Positions 1 to 8,767 of a stretch of DNA of 54,652 nucleotides are shown here, piece after piece. Within the stretch, counting starts at the first letter, position 1. Each line of letters starts with the position of its first letter. Under the pieces are notes generated by a model, which was given only the letters and a program-made list of their open reading frames with translations, searched no databases and was not told the origin of the DNA. The translations under genes were made by a program, and so were the position numbers. Source of the DNA: Patescibacteria group bacterium (GTDB taxonomy: Bacteria; Patescibacteriota; Patescibacteriia; UBA2591; UBA6264); contig JAIPGN010000005.1 of the NCBI GenBank assembly GCA_021735685.1, positions 1 to 54,652 on the forward strand, read 5' to 3'.

Positions 1-130
1 CATCTCGAGCACGAGCTCGCGCATTATTCAAGGCAACAACAGCTAAAGCAGCTAACATGCCCATAATGGCAACCACGACCAAAAGCTCAATCAAGGTAAA
101 ACCTTTTTTGGAATTCTTTTGTTGATTCAT
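1..130 (-). CDS. Type IV pilin-like protein, N-terminal part (runs off window edge)
   Basis: Manual translation [43 protein letters not shown]: class III signal G|FTLIE with Glu+5 and a hydrophobic helix. Not in the ORF track. Confidence 0.9.
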   Translation of the reverse strand, partial: MNQQKNSKKGFTLIELLVVVAIMGMLAALAVVALNNARARARD

Positions 131-169
131 AAAAATCTTATTAAAAAACTTTGTTAAATATCTATATCA

Positions 170-198
170 ATAATATAAAATGATTTTTCCTCTGTCAA
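170..198 (-). promoter_or_regulatory. sigma70-type promoter for the pilin gene
   Basis: Minus strand TTGACA (198-193), 17 nt, TATTAT (175-170), about 40 nt upstream of the pilin ATG. Confidence 0.6.
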
Positions 199-326
199 GA
201 GTATACCATATTTTTTAAAAAAGTTATACACATCCACTGTAAAGACATGAGACTTAGTTATTTAAAAATTGAATAACAGTTAATCATCAATCATCAACTA
301 TCACAATCATCACAAAAAATAAAGGC

Positions 327-355
327 TTGACTAAGGAAGAAAAATGTGCTATTCT
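327..355 (+). promoter_or_regulatory. sigma70-type promoter with extended -10
   Basis: TTGACT (327-332), 17 nt, TG-n-TATTCT (347-355). No + strand ORF follows; it points into a structured RNA candidate. Confidence 0.65.
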
Positions 356-361
356 TTAAAA

Positions 362-517
362 GATAAAACTAGTTTAGTTTTTCTTTAGTTTTCTGCCTAT
401 CAGTGGCAAAACCAGTCATCCCTCCTAACTGGGAAGTAGCCATTAGTCAAGGTTGATCTTGCTTGTCAAGCGTAGGCCTTGCGCTGATAGGCGGAAAAGT
501 GAAGAAAAATATCTAAG
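362..517 (+). ncRNA. Rod-shaped structured ncRNA candidate (6S RNA-like)
   Basis: 389-409 TTTTCTGCCTATCAGTGGCAA pairs with 479-498 TTGCGCTGATAGGCGGAAAA. The stem extends outward (TTTTTCTTT/GAAGAAAAA). Good promoter directly upstream; convergent with pth. Confidence 0.55.
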
Positions 518-1091
518 AATTGTATTGACTTTGCACCTTAGTAATTCCCTCTTGTTGAGCAAGGTTAAGGGCTTGGCTAGTTAAATCTAAAGACTGCTGA
601 ACAGTCTTTTTTTCTTTTCTTTTAAATTTTTTCAAAACAAAATTTTTAGCATCAATCAAATTTTTTTTCGAATCTCTAATGCCTAATCGAAAGCGAATAA
701 AATTTTTACTATTCAATTGATCAATAATTGACTGAACCCCTTTATGTCCTCCAGCTGTACTATTAAGAGAAATTTTAATTCTTCCCAAGTCTAAATCTAA
801 ATCATCGTGAACGACCCATAGATTAGGTAATTGGGTGCTTGGACAATTAGGTATTTGGGATTTATTTTTAATTAATTTATTTACACTAATCCCGGATTCG
901 TTCATAAAGACATTCGGCTTTACTAAAAGAAAATCTCCTTTTTGAGAAAGATAAGCTAAAGACAATTTATCTAACTTGAATTTAGGAAAATAAAAATCAG
1001 CGGCAAATTTTTCTAAAGCCATTTGTCCTATATTATGTCTGGTTTTTTCATATTCTTTGCCTGGGTTCCCCAGACCAACGACGAAAATCAT
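513..1091 (-). CDS. pth: Peptidyl-tRNA hydrolase
   Basis: GLGNPG..Y..TRHNIG, KP..FMNESG, VHDDLDL, GGHKG motifs. Start moved to MIFVVG (1091). Confidence 0.95.
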   Translation of the reverse strand: MIFVVGLGNPGKEYEKTRHNIGQMALEKFAADFYFPKFKLDKLSLAYLSQKGDFLLVKPNVFMNESGISVNKLIKNKSQIPNCPSTQLPNLWVVHDDLDLDLGRIKISLNSTAGGHKGVQSIIDQLNSKNFIRFRLGIRDSKKNLIDAKNFVLKKFKRKEKKTVQQSLDLTSQALNLAQQEGITKVQSQYNS

Positions 1092-1172
1092 AAGACATAA
1101 AAAGATTAGAAAGTAAGACTTGAACAATTAGGATTTTATCTTAATCAGCAATCCTTAATCCTTCCATTTATT

Positions 1173-2495
1173 CTATGTTCTTTTAATAATCTTAACTTTA
1201 AGAGGAGCGCCACTAAAATCCCATCTATTTCTTAATGCTTTTTTAATAATATTGATTTGAGCATCATTAATAGATTTTCTTTTGAAAATGATATTAGGAA
1301 CAAAAAGAGTGAATTGAGGAGGGTTGACTCCAGTCTGATAAATACGAACCCGGTCCCAAACTTTAACAGAAAAACCCTTTCTCTTGACTAATAGCCGTAA
1401 AAAGTTATTTAACTTCTCTTCTTCAATTCGGCGAGAACAATTTTGCCAAACCCGAACGATCAATTTAAAAATATCTTGAACATTTTTGTTATTTTTAGCG
1501 GAAATAAAAGCAGCTGGAGCCCAAGATCCCAATTCTAAGACAAAATCATTTCTTTTGAATTTTTGTTGAGAAATTAAATCACATTTATTTAAAACAAAAA
1601 TTAACCCCTTTTCTTTGCTGATAATTAAATCGGTCAGAGCTTTATCTTGATGGCTCAAAGATGAGGCAACGTCCAAAACCATCAAAACTACGTCCGCTTG
1701 AGCAACAGAAACTAAAGAGCGGTGTACCCCTTCTTTTTCAATGCTTAATTTAATGCGAGCTCGTCGACGAATGCCAGCCGTATCAATTAAAAGAAACTGA
1801 TGATTATCTTTAAGGACCAGACTGTCTTGGGGCCCTCGCGTAGTGTGGGCCAAGGGAGAAACAATGGCCTTTTCCTCACCAAGCAAAGCATTGAGTAAAG
1901 TAGATTTACCAACATTAGGTTTGCCTAAAATTGCCACTTTAATTAAAGGAACCTCTCTTTCTTCTAAAGAGTCTTCTTCTAATTTCTTTACTTTCTTCAT
2001 TTCGTTAACCACCTCATCTAAAAGATCTCCTACTCCGCTACCATTTAAAGCTGAGACGGAAAAAGATTGATCAAAGCCCATTTTTAACCAATGTTGGCTC
2101 TCCCCCCACTTTCTTTTTCGCGGATTGTCAGCTTTATTTAAAACTACAAAACACTTTTTTCGTGATTGCTTAATTAAACGAGAAATCTCTTGCTCTAAGT
2201 GAGAAATAGGTACTTCAGGAGGACGAATTTCTAAAATAAAAAAAAGAAAATCCGCCTCTTTGATGGCGATTTTGATGTGCCTCAGAACCTCTTCCTTAAA
2301 GTCCTCTGTCTTTTCATCAATGCCTCCCGTGTCAATAAAAGTAATATCCTCACCTCGCCAAGAGCAAAGCCCATAATTACGATCTCGAGTGGTCCCCGGC
2401 AAAACAGAGGTAATGGCCTTAGATTCAGAAATCAAACGATTAAATAAAGTTGATTTTCCGACATTAGTCTGACCAATTAAAGCAATTTTAAACAT
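1173..2495 (-). CDS. der: Ribosome biogenesis GTPase Der (EngA)
   Basis: Two tandem G domains (GQTNVGKST..DTGG; GKPNVGKST..DTAGIRRR) plus a KH-like C-terminus. Confidence 0.95.
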   Translation of the reverse strand: MFKIALIGQTNVGKSTLFNRLISESKAITSVLPGTTRDRNYGLCSWRGEDITFIDTGGIDEKTEDFKEEVLRHIKIAIKEADFLFFILEIRPPEVPISHLEQEISRLIKQSRKKCFVVLNKADNPRKRKWGESQHWLKMGFDQSFSVSALNGSGVGDLLDEVVNEMKKVKKLEEDSLEEREVPLIKVAILGKPNVGKSTLLNALLGEEKAIVSPLAHTTRGPQDSLVLKDNHQFLLIDTAGIRRRARIKLSIEKEGVHRSLVSVAQADVVLMVLDVASSLSHQDKALTDLIISKEKGLIFVLNKCDLISQQKFKRNDFVLELGSWAPAAFISAKNNKNVQDIFKLIVRVWQNCSRRIEEEKLNNFLRLLVKRKGFSVKVWDRVRIYQTGVNPPQFTLFVPNIIFKRKSINDAQINIIKKALRNRWDFSGAPLKVKIIKRT

Positions 2496-2510
2496 AAATA
2501 ATGATTATAC

Positions 2511-3728
2511 TCAAAAACTCAAATCTTGAGCTCCGGCTGAATCTAGAAAAGGAATAATTTGTTCGGAAACCGGTTCTGAGTTAATAAAAATATCACGAGC
2601 TAGGTCTTTTAAATCTTTAAAATCGCCACTCTTGGGGGTCAAAACATAAGCTCCATTAGTAAGAATTTTTTCTTGCAAGAGGCCCTCTTCTCCGTTTTCA
2701 ATAGTTTGAGTGATTATATTTTCTAAAGGGATATAACTGGCCAAACGAGCCAATCTAATCACTTGAGCAATGTCTAAGTTACTACTAATATTTTTATCTA
2801 AAACGCTATAAAAACGTAATATTTTCTGAGGTTTTGCTAAAATATTTTGGTCTAAAACCTTATTAGCAACAGCTTGCAAAAGTTTTTGCTGTCTTTTGCT
2901 TCGCGCAAAATCAGATCCTTCTCCGCTGTCACCGTGTCGAGATCGAACAAATCGCAAAGCTGTCTCGCCGTCCATAATTTGCGGTCCAGCTTCAAAACTC
3001 ACCACCCGATATTGATAATTGACGCCAGGAAACTGATAGTCTGTAAAAGATTTTTCCACATCTATTTTTACCCCGCCCAATTCATCTACCATTTCTTTAA
3101 AAATCTTAAAATCTGAACGAACCCAATAATGAACCGGAACGCTAAAAACATTACTAACGGTTTGGCTAGCTAATTCTCCGCCATCGCCAGAGCGGGCCAT
3201 GCCTAAGGCATTAGCGAAATTAATCTTTTGCCAACCATATTCAGGAATAGGGACATAAAGATCTCGAGGAATAGACAAAAGAGAAATTTGTTGACGAGAA
3301 GGTTTAATGCTTACTAGAATAATAGAATCAGTTAAATAGGGTCCCTCGTGCTCAACCCCTCCCATGCCTAAAAATAAAATATTAATCCGATCCGAAAGCT
3401 CCCCCTTTAAAACTCCGTTTTGTCCGGTGGCGACCTTAATTACTCCCCGCCAAAAAGAAAGTCTGCCCAAATGACGCAAAAAACTATTTTGAGAAACAAC
3501 AGCCTGAGAGAAGAAAATAACAAAAATCAAAAAAACAAAAAATGATATCTTCAAAGAACGAGATATTTTTTTTCTTTTTTCTTCTCGCTGATGACGATAA
3601 CGATCAGGACAAGGTGGGGTATAAACTTGATCAATTAAATTAATTCTTCGATCAGACATAAAATATTTGAACTTTGAAACAAAATTAAAAAAAATAAACG
3701 ACACAATTATTAACAATAATTCTAACAA
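2511..3728 (-). CDS. LytR-CpsA-Psr (LCP) family cell-envelope transferase
   Basis: NILFLG..TDSII..LSIPRDLYV..KIN.A..ALRFVRSRH..SDFARSKRQQ motifs and an N-terminal TM. The true start may be at 3659. Confidence 0.9.
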   Translation of the reverse strand: MLELLLIIVSFIFFNFVSKFKYFMSDRRINLIDQVYTPPCPDRYRHQREEKRKKISRSLKISFFVFLIFVIFFSQAVVSQNSFLRHLGRLSFWRGVIKVATGQNGVLKGELSDRINILFLGMGGVEHEGPYLTDSIILVSIKPSRQQISLLSIPRDLYVPIPEYGWQKINFANALGMARSGDGGELASQTVSNVFSVPVHYWVRSDFKIFKEMVDELGGVKIDVEKSFTDYQFPGVNYQYRVVSFEAGPQIMDGETALRFVRSRHGDSGEGSDFARSKRQQKLLQAVANKVLDQNILAKPQKILRFYSVLDKNISSNLDIAQVIRLARLASYIPLENIITQTIENGEEGLLQEKILTNGAYVLTPKSGDFKDLKDLARDIFINSEPVSEQIIPFLDSAGAQDLSF

Positions 3729-4840
3729 ACTTTTGTTTGCTTTGAAATGGCAACCAAGATTCCAAAAGAGGCCAAAAAAATAACTAAACTAGAACTACCA
3801 TAACTCATAAAAGGAAGAGGGACGCCAGTCACGGGAACCAAATTAAGCATGCCTCCCATATTAATAAAGGCTTGGAGAATAAACCAAAAACCAATTCCCG
3901 CAGCTAAAAGCTGACCAAATTTATCAGAAGAAAGCGAAGCTATTTTGAAAATCCGATAAAAAACAAAAAGATAAAGAAGTAATAAAAGAAAAGTCATTAA
4001 GAAGCCCAATTCCTCAGCGGTTACCGCAAAAATAGAATCACCAATTACTTCAGGAAGACGATAAAATTTCTGCACTGATCGACCCAATCCCGCTCCAAAA
4101 AAACCGCCAGCACTAACCGCTCGCAAAGCTTGGTCCAAATGATACCTGCTCCCCTCACTGACCTCGCTCGAACCAAAAAAAACTAAAATTCTCTCGGTGC
4201 GATAATTAACATAGCGCGTAGAAACTAAGAATAAAGTCCCTAAAAGCAGAAATAAAATTAATAAATGTTTCCAAGGAGTCCCTGCTAAAAAATAAACCAC
4301 CAAAGAAGACAAAATAATAATTAACAAAGTGCTTAAATCTCTTTGAGGTAAAATTAAAGCAGAAATCAGAGCCAAAAAAAACAAAAAAGGCAAAAAAGTC
4401 TGTCCCCAGCTTCGTAAATTAATTTGTTTTTTGGAAAGCCAAGCTGAAAGAAAAAACAAAAAGGCTAGTTTAACTATCTCTGAAGGCTGAAAATTAAAAC
4501 CAAAAATATTTAACCAACGCTGCGACCCTCCAATTTTAAAACCAAATTGAGGCAAAAGCACTAAAACTAAAAGTAAAATAGCGCCTCCCAAAAAAAATAA
4601 AGTCCATTTCCTTAAACGACGATAATCAATACGAGTAAGAAGAAAAAAAAGAAACAAACCCGGCAACAAACCATAGAGCAATTGATGTTTTAAATAAAAA
4701 TAACAATCATTTAATTTTTGGCATCCAATAAAATAACTGGCCGAAGTGAGCATAAAAAGGCCAACTATTAACAAAAAAAATAAACCAAAAATTAAAAAAT
4801 AATCCGGAGAATGACGAGAAGATTCTTTTTTAGTAATCAT
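3722..4840 (-). CDS. ftsW: SEDS family peptidoglycan polymerase FtsW/RodA
   Basis: Multi-TM; GSQRW, FQPSEIVK, PE..GDSIF, TGVPLPFMSYGSSS. Confidence 0.9.
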   Translation of the reverse strand: MITKKESSRHSPDYFLIFGLFFLLIVGLFMLTSASYFIGCQKLNDCYFYLKHQLLYGLLPGLFLFFLLTRIDYRRLRKWTLFFLGGAILLLVLVLLPQFGFKIGGSQRWLNIFGFNFQPSEIVKLAFLFFLSAWLSKKQINLRSWGQTFLPFLFFLALISALILPQRDLSTLLIIILSSLVVYFLAGTPWKHLLILFLLLGTLFLVSTRYVNYRTERILVFFGSSEVSEGSRYHLDQALRAVSAGGFFGAGLGRSVQKFYRLPEVIGDSIFAVTAEELGFLMTFLLLLLYLFVFYRIFKIASLSSDKFGQLLAAGIGFWFILQAFINMGGMLNLVPVTGVPLPFMSYGSSSLVIFLASFGILVAISKQTKVC

Positions 4841-5211
4841 AATTGATAAAAAACAATTAGAAGGAGGTGTAAAATTAAAATTAACTGAACTAAAAAGCTC
4901 GCTCCTAATAAAACAAAAGACAAACGGAATTCTTTGTTTTCGTAGAAACGAGAAGATAAAAAAGAATTAACTAAAAAAATTAATAACCCCAAAAGAGCTA
5001 AAGCTAAAAATCTAACCCAGGGGCCAAAGACAGAAACTCCAGAAAAAAGATCGTAACGTAAAAGAATAAGTCCTTCTTCTTTGGAAAAAACAAAAAATAT
5101 ATAAAAAAATAAAAAAAGATTTAGAGCAAGAGAACCTAAAAAAAGAAAACGGTGGCGAGAGTCTTTCCAGAAATTTACTAAAGGCCGAGAATGAGAAAAT
5201 TCTTTAATCAT
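4837..5211 (-). CDS. Hypothetical membrane protein (3 TM)
   Basis: Hydrophobic ORF; stop overlaps the ftsW start by 4 nt. Confidence 0.65.
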   Translation of the reverse strand: MIKEFSHSRPLVNFWKDSRHRFLFLGSLALNLFLFFYIFFVFSKEEGLILLRYDLFSGVSVFGPWVRFLALALLGLLIFLVNSFLSSRFYENKEFRLSFVLLGASFLVQLILILHLLLIVFYQL

Positions 5212-5233
5212 GAGATAAAAATTCTTAAAAAAT

Positions 5234-5262
5234 TTGACAGAAATTAAAAAAAGTTTTAAAAT
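5234..5262 (+). promoter_or_regulatory. sigma70-type promoter of rpmA
   Basis: TTGACA, 17 nt, TAAAAT. Confidence 0.6.
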
Positions 5263-5324
5263 AAAATTGAATTTAATACGCTGAGCAACAACAAAAATCT
5301 GTTTTGCTATTTAACTTACTAAAT

Positions 5325-5624
5325 ATGTCACACAAAAAAGCGGGCGGATCAACTTCTTTGGGACGCGATTCTCAAGGACAAAGACTAGGGATCAAAGCTT
5401 ACGGAGGAGAAAAAGTAAAAGCCGGGGCCATTCTCGTTAGACAAAGAGGAACTAAGTTTCACCCAGGAGAAGGAGTGCGGCGCGGCAAAGATGACACCCT
5501 TTATGCCTTAAAAGAAGGAAAGGTTACTTTTACTAAAAAGAAAACCATCCGCTTTGACGGTCATCTTCGTTTAAGAAAATTTATTAATATCAACGAACCG
5601 TCAACAAGTAAAAAGAAGAAATAA
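5325..5624 (+). CDS. rpmA: 50S ribosomal protein L27
   Basis: [39 protein letters not shown]. Start set at ATG 5325. Confidence 0.97.
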   Translation: MSHKKAGGSTSLGRDSQGQRLGIKAYGGEKVKAGAILVRQRGTKFHPGEGVRRGKDDTLYALKEGKVTFTKKKTIRFDGHLRLRKFININEPSTSKKKK

Positions 5625-5646
5625 AAAAAGAAGAAATAATTTCTAC

Positions 5647-5679
5647 AAAAACCACGCTTTCTTTTGGCGCGGTTTTTTT
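5647..5679. terminator. Bidirectional intrinsic terminator
   Basis: AAAAACCACGC..GCGCGGTTTTTTT hairpin between convergent rpmA and ctpA. Confidence 0.65.
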
Positions 5680-6880
5680 AATTGCTTAATATTTCAACAG
5701 CCTTTTTCAGCTGCGGATCTCTTTCTTCTAGATAATCCTCTTTGGTCATTTCTACTTCTACTTCAGGAACAATTCCTTCTTCATTAAAAGATCTACCTAA
5801 AGGAGTATACCAATTAGCAATTGTTAGTTTTAAGGCAGACCCATCTGACAAATTTCTTAATTCTTGTACCGAGCCCTTGCCAAAGGTTTGTTGCCCTAAA
5901 ATAGTTGCTATCTCATAATCTTGCAACGCTCCAGCTAAAATCTCAGAAGCCGATGCTGACCCTTGATTAACCAAAACTATTGTAGGCAAATTCTCAAAAT
6001 AACCCGGCCCCGAAGATTTATATTCTCGTTCCCTACTTTCGGCATCTCGAGCCACCACCACCACGTCCTTGGCAAGCCAATAACCGGCAATATCTACAGC
6101 CGTATCTAAATAACCTCCGGGATTGTTACGTAAATCCAAAATTAATCCTTGGGGATTAGCTCCTAAAACCACTTGTGCGATGTTTTGAAAATCACCCCAA
6201 GTATCATCCGAAAAATGACTAATTTTAATATAAGCAATTTTATCTTCTGGTCCCATTAATTCCCAAGAAACAGATTCAACATCAATAGTATCCCGTGTAA
6301 TCGCTATGTCTAGAATTTCTTCTTCTGGTTCTCGAAAAATAGTTAAAATCACCTCCGTTCCTCTTTCTCCCCGAATTAACTCTGCGGCCTCATCCAAGCT
6401 AATTCCTAAAGTATTTTCTCCGTCAATAGCGTAAATTTTATCACCAGAACGAAGTCCAGCTCTAAAAGCCGGCGTATTATCTAAAGGAGCAATGACAGTA
6501 AGTCTTTCATCTTTAATGCCAATCTCAATACCCACGCCCTCGAAACTGCCAGAAACATCCTCTAAAAATCTTTTAGCCAAATCAGGTTTCAAAAAAGAAG
6601 AATAATCATCTCCCAATCCTTCAACTAAACCTTCCAAAGATCCATAAAAAAGATCTTCTTTAACAATGGGCTGCTGGACATAATCTTTTTCAACAATTTG
6701 CCAGACCTGATCAAATAAAGAAAAATCAAATTCCTCGCTAAAATCTTTTTGATCAAATCCCTCCTTAATCATTAACTCTGAAGAAACAACATTATTCTTC
6801 AGAGAAAACCCAAGGGCAAAAGAAAAAAAGGAAAAAGCGATAATTAAAATTATGTTTTTTCGAGAAGCGTTATTTTTCAT
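5678..6880 (-). CDS. ctpA: S41 family C-terminal processing protease
   Basis: N-terminal TM, PDZ domain (GVGIEI), LDLRNNPGG, SASASEILAGALQD, TFGKGSVQ. Confidence 0.92.
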   Translation of the reverse strand: MKNNASRKNIILIIAFSFFSFALGFSLKNNVVSSELMIKEGFDQKDFSEEFDFSLFDQVWQIVEKDYVQQPIVKEDLFYGSLEGLVEGLGDDYSSFLKPDLAKRFLEDVSGSFEGVGIEIGIKDERLTVIAPLDNTPAFRAGLRSGDKIYAIDGENTLGISLDEAAELIRGERGTEVILTIFREPEEEILDIAITRDTIDVESVSWELMGPEDKIAYIKISHFSDDTWGDFQNIAQVVLGANPQGLILDLRNNPGGYLDTAVDIAGYWLAKDVVVVARDAESREREYKSSGPGYFENLPTIVLVNQGSASASEILAGALQDYEIATILGQQTFGKGSVQELRNLSDGSALKLTIANWYTPLGRSFNEEGIVPEVEVEMTKEDYLEERDPQLKKAVEILSN

Positions 6881-7892
6881 TTAAATCTTTTTTATTATTT
6901 TCTAAATGCTGATAAGCTAAAGAGGTTGCTACTCTTCCTCGAGAAGTTCTGTTCAAAAAACCAAGACGAATTAAATATGGTTCGTAAATTTCCTCTAAAC
7001 TAGCCACATCCTCGCCAATGCTAGCTGCCAAAGTTTTAAGACCCACTGGACCACCAGAAAACTTTTGAATCAAAGAAGAGATAATTTCCCGATCAACAAA
7101 ACTAAGACCCAATTCATCAACCCCTAAAAGCTCTAAAAGTTGACCAAGTAAAGAAGTTTTAATAATTTTTTCTTTTTTAATTTGAGCAAAATCGCGAACT
7201 CTTTTTAATAAACGGTTAGCGATCCTTGGGGTGAAACGAGAACGTTTCGCCAATTCAGTTATTGTATCTGCCTTCAATTCTATTTCTAAAATTTTAGCTG
7301 AACGCTTAATAATATTTTCTATTTCCGGAATTTCATAAAAGTTAAGTCGATAAGTCATTCCAAAACGATCTCGCAAAGGAGGAGAAATCAAACTGGGCTT
7401 GGTAGTTGCCCCCACTAAAGTAAAGTGAGGGATATCCAAACGCAAAGTCTTAGCGCTAGGACCCTTGCCTACCACAATATCTAAAGCACATTCTTCCATA
7501 GCTGGATATAAAATTTCCTCAATGTTGCGAGGCAAACGATGTAATTCGTCAATAAACAAAACACCTCCTTCGGGCAAGCTGGTTAGAATGGCAGCTAAAT
7601 CTCCTGCTCTTTCCAAAGCCGGCCCAGAAGTAATTTGAAGATTAACTCCCATTTCCCGAGCGATGATATGAGAAAGAGTGGTCTTGCCTAAACCATGTGA
7701 ACCCTGAAATAAAACATGTTCTAAGGCCTCTCCTCTTTGACGAGCGGCTTCAATAAAAATTTTTAGACCAGCTTTTAATTTTTCCTGGCCAACAAATTCG
7801 TCTAAAGTCTGTGGTCTCAAGGTAAAATCAACAACCTGGTCTTCGGGTAATTCTTCTCGACTAATAATATTTTCTTTAGGCTCAAACGCCAT
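6870..7892 (-). CDS. ruvB: Holliday junction helicase RuvB
   Basis: LRPQTLDEFVGQ, GLGKTTL, FIDELHRL, GATT, RDRFG, EPYL. Confidence 0.97.
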   Translation of the reverse strand: MAFEPKENIISREELPEDQVVDFTLRPQTLDEFVGQEKLKAGLKIFIEAARQRGEALEHVLFQGSHGLGKTTLSHIIAREMGVNLQITSGPALERAGDLAAILTSLPEGGVLFIDELHRLPRNIEEILYPAMEECALDIVVGKGPSAKTLRLDIPHFTLVGATTKPSLISPPLRDRFGMTYRLNFYEIPEIENIIKRSAKILEIELKADTITELAKRSRFTPRIANRLLKRVRDFAQIKKEKIIKTSLLGQLLELLGVDELGLSFVDREIISSLIQKFSGGPVGLKTLAASIGEDVASLEEIYEPYLIRLGFLNRTSRGRVATSLAYQHLENNKKDLNEK

Positions 7893-7980
7893 AATTAAAA
7901 TAAATTTAAAAATAAATCAAATTACTTTCATTATAACAAAAAAACCCATTCTCACAAGTAAAAGAATTTGTCCATCTATT

Positions 7981-8009
7981 TTGACATCAAGGCAAAAAAG
8001 ATCTATGAT
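7981..8009 (+). promoter_or_regulatory. sigma70-type promoter upstream of the tRNA region
   Basis: TTGACA, 17 nt, TATGAT. Confidence 0.55.
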
Positions 8010-8071
8010 AATTAGGAAAGCATTTCCAAATAACAAGAGTGCATAACTCAAAGGCAATCTCTGCTGGCAGG

Positions 8072-8090
8072 CCTATCTGCCGATAGTCAG
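8072..8090. repeat. Degenerate copy of the CCTGCCTGCCGG(T/C)AGGCAGG palindrome
   Basis: CCTATCTGCCGATAGTCAG matches 15 of 19 aligned positions of the consensus; preceded by a partial CTGCTGGCAGG. Confidence 0.45.
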
Positions 8091-8151
8091 AAAATACCAC
8101 CCTTATGACAATAATCTTTTTTTTATTACAATTTCAAGTGAGTGTAAATGT

Positions 8152-8220
8152 GGGCGCATAGCTCAGGAGTACCTGCCTGCCGGTAGGCAGGCCTGCCTGC
8201 CGGTAGGCAGGGAGCGCCAT
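8152..8220 (+). pseudogene. tRNA 5'-half pseudogene interrupted in the D-loop
   Basis: GGGCGCATAGCTCAGGAGTA^GAGCGCCATC with a 40-nt insert; no T-arm or 3' acceptor strand follows. Confidence 0.7.
8172..8211. repeat. Tandem pair of 20-bp REP-like palindromes
   Basis: CCTGCCTGCCGGTAGGCAGG x2, exact. Confidence 0.9.
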
Positions 8221-8228
8221 CTTAAAAA

Positions 8229-8300
8229 GGGCATGTAGCTCAGAGGTAGAGCACTTGACTTATAATCAAGCGGTCCTGGGTTCGATCCCCAGCATGCCCA
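8229..8300 (+). tRNA. tRNA-Ile (anticodon UAU)
   Basis: GGGCATG/CATGCCC acceptor stem, CTTGA-CT TAT AA-TCAAG anticodon arm, GGTTCGA T-loop, discriminator A, CCA not encoded. Confidence 0.88.
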
Positions 8301-8380
8301 CTCCCTTTCAACAAAAATCACAATGTGGAGGTCAAACCCCCACAACATCCAAGTAAAGAAGAAAAAAATAACACAATAAT

Positions 8381-8623
8381 ATGACCAGAGTTTTGGTAGG
8401 AATTTTAATTACAGCTATTGGTTTTTGGGTAGTCTGGAAATCAGAAAAAGTTTTTCGTTTCTTTGGAAGAAGCGCTTGGGCTGAAAAATATCTTCGCTAC
8501 GAAGGTGGCAGTCATCTATTTTACAAATTAATAGGCATAGCAATTATTTTTCTCGGACTTTTTGTAATTAGCAATATCTGGGCAGATATTATGACAGGAA
8601 TTGCCGGGATTTTTGTACAATAA
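8381..8623 (+). CDS. Hypothetical small membrane protein (2 TM)
   Basis: 80-aa ORF with two hydrophobic helices; stop codon abuts tRNA-Ala. Confidence 0.7.
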   Translation: MTRVLVGILITAIGFWVVWKSEKVFRFFGRSAWAEKYLRYEGGSHLFYKLIGIAIIFLGLFVISNIWADIMTGIAGIFVQ

Positions 8624-8698
8624 GGGCCCGTAGTTCAGTGGCAGAACGCCTCATTTGCAATGAGGAAGTCGGCGGTTCAAATCCGCCCGGGTCCACCA
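8624..8698 (+). tRNA. tRNA-Ala (UGC)
   Basis: GGGCCCG acceptor, CCTCA-TT TGC AA-TGAGG, encoded CCA. Confidence 0.95.
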
Positions 8699-8767
8699 TT
8701 TTAAATTAGTCACCCTAAGGTTGAAAGCAAAAAAATTATCCTTTTTAAGGATATTATTTCTACAATT

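Noticed and set aside
389-498. SRP RNA or riboswitch identity for the ncRNA candidate
   Set aside because: GGAAGTAGC resembles the SRP AGCAG side but the CAGG side and GNRA loop are missing; no downstream co-oriented gene for a riboswitch.
8172-8211. tRNA intron interpretation of the D-loop insert
   Set aside because: Removing the insert leaves only a 5' half with no T-arm or acceptor 3' strand, so splicing alone would not yield a tRNA.
8163-8348. ORF ending LPTGRQACLPAGRYS, and the similar ORFs 22251-22454 and 22315-22545
   Set aside because: Translations of tRNA genes and the palindromic repeat, not proteins.
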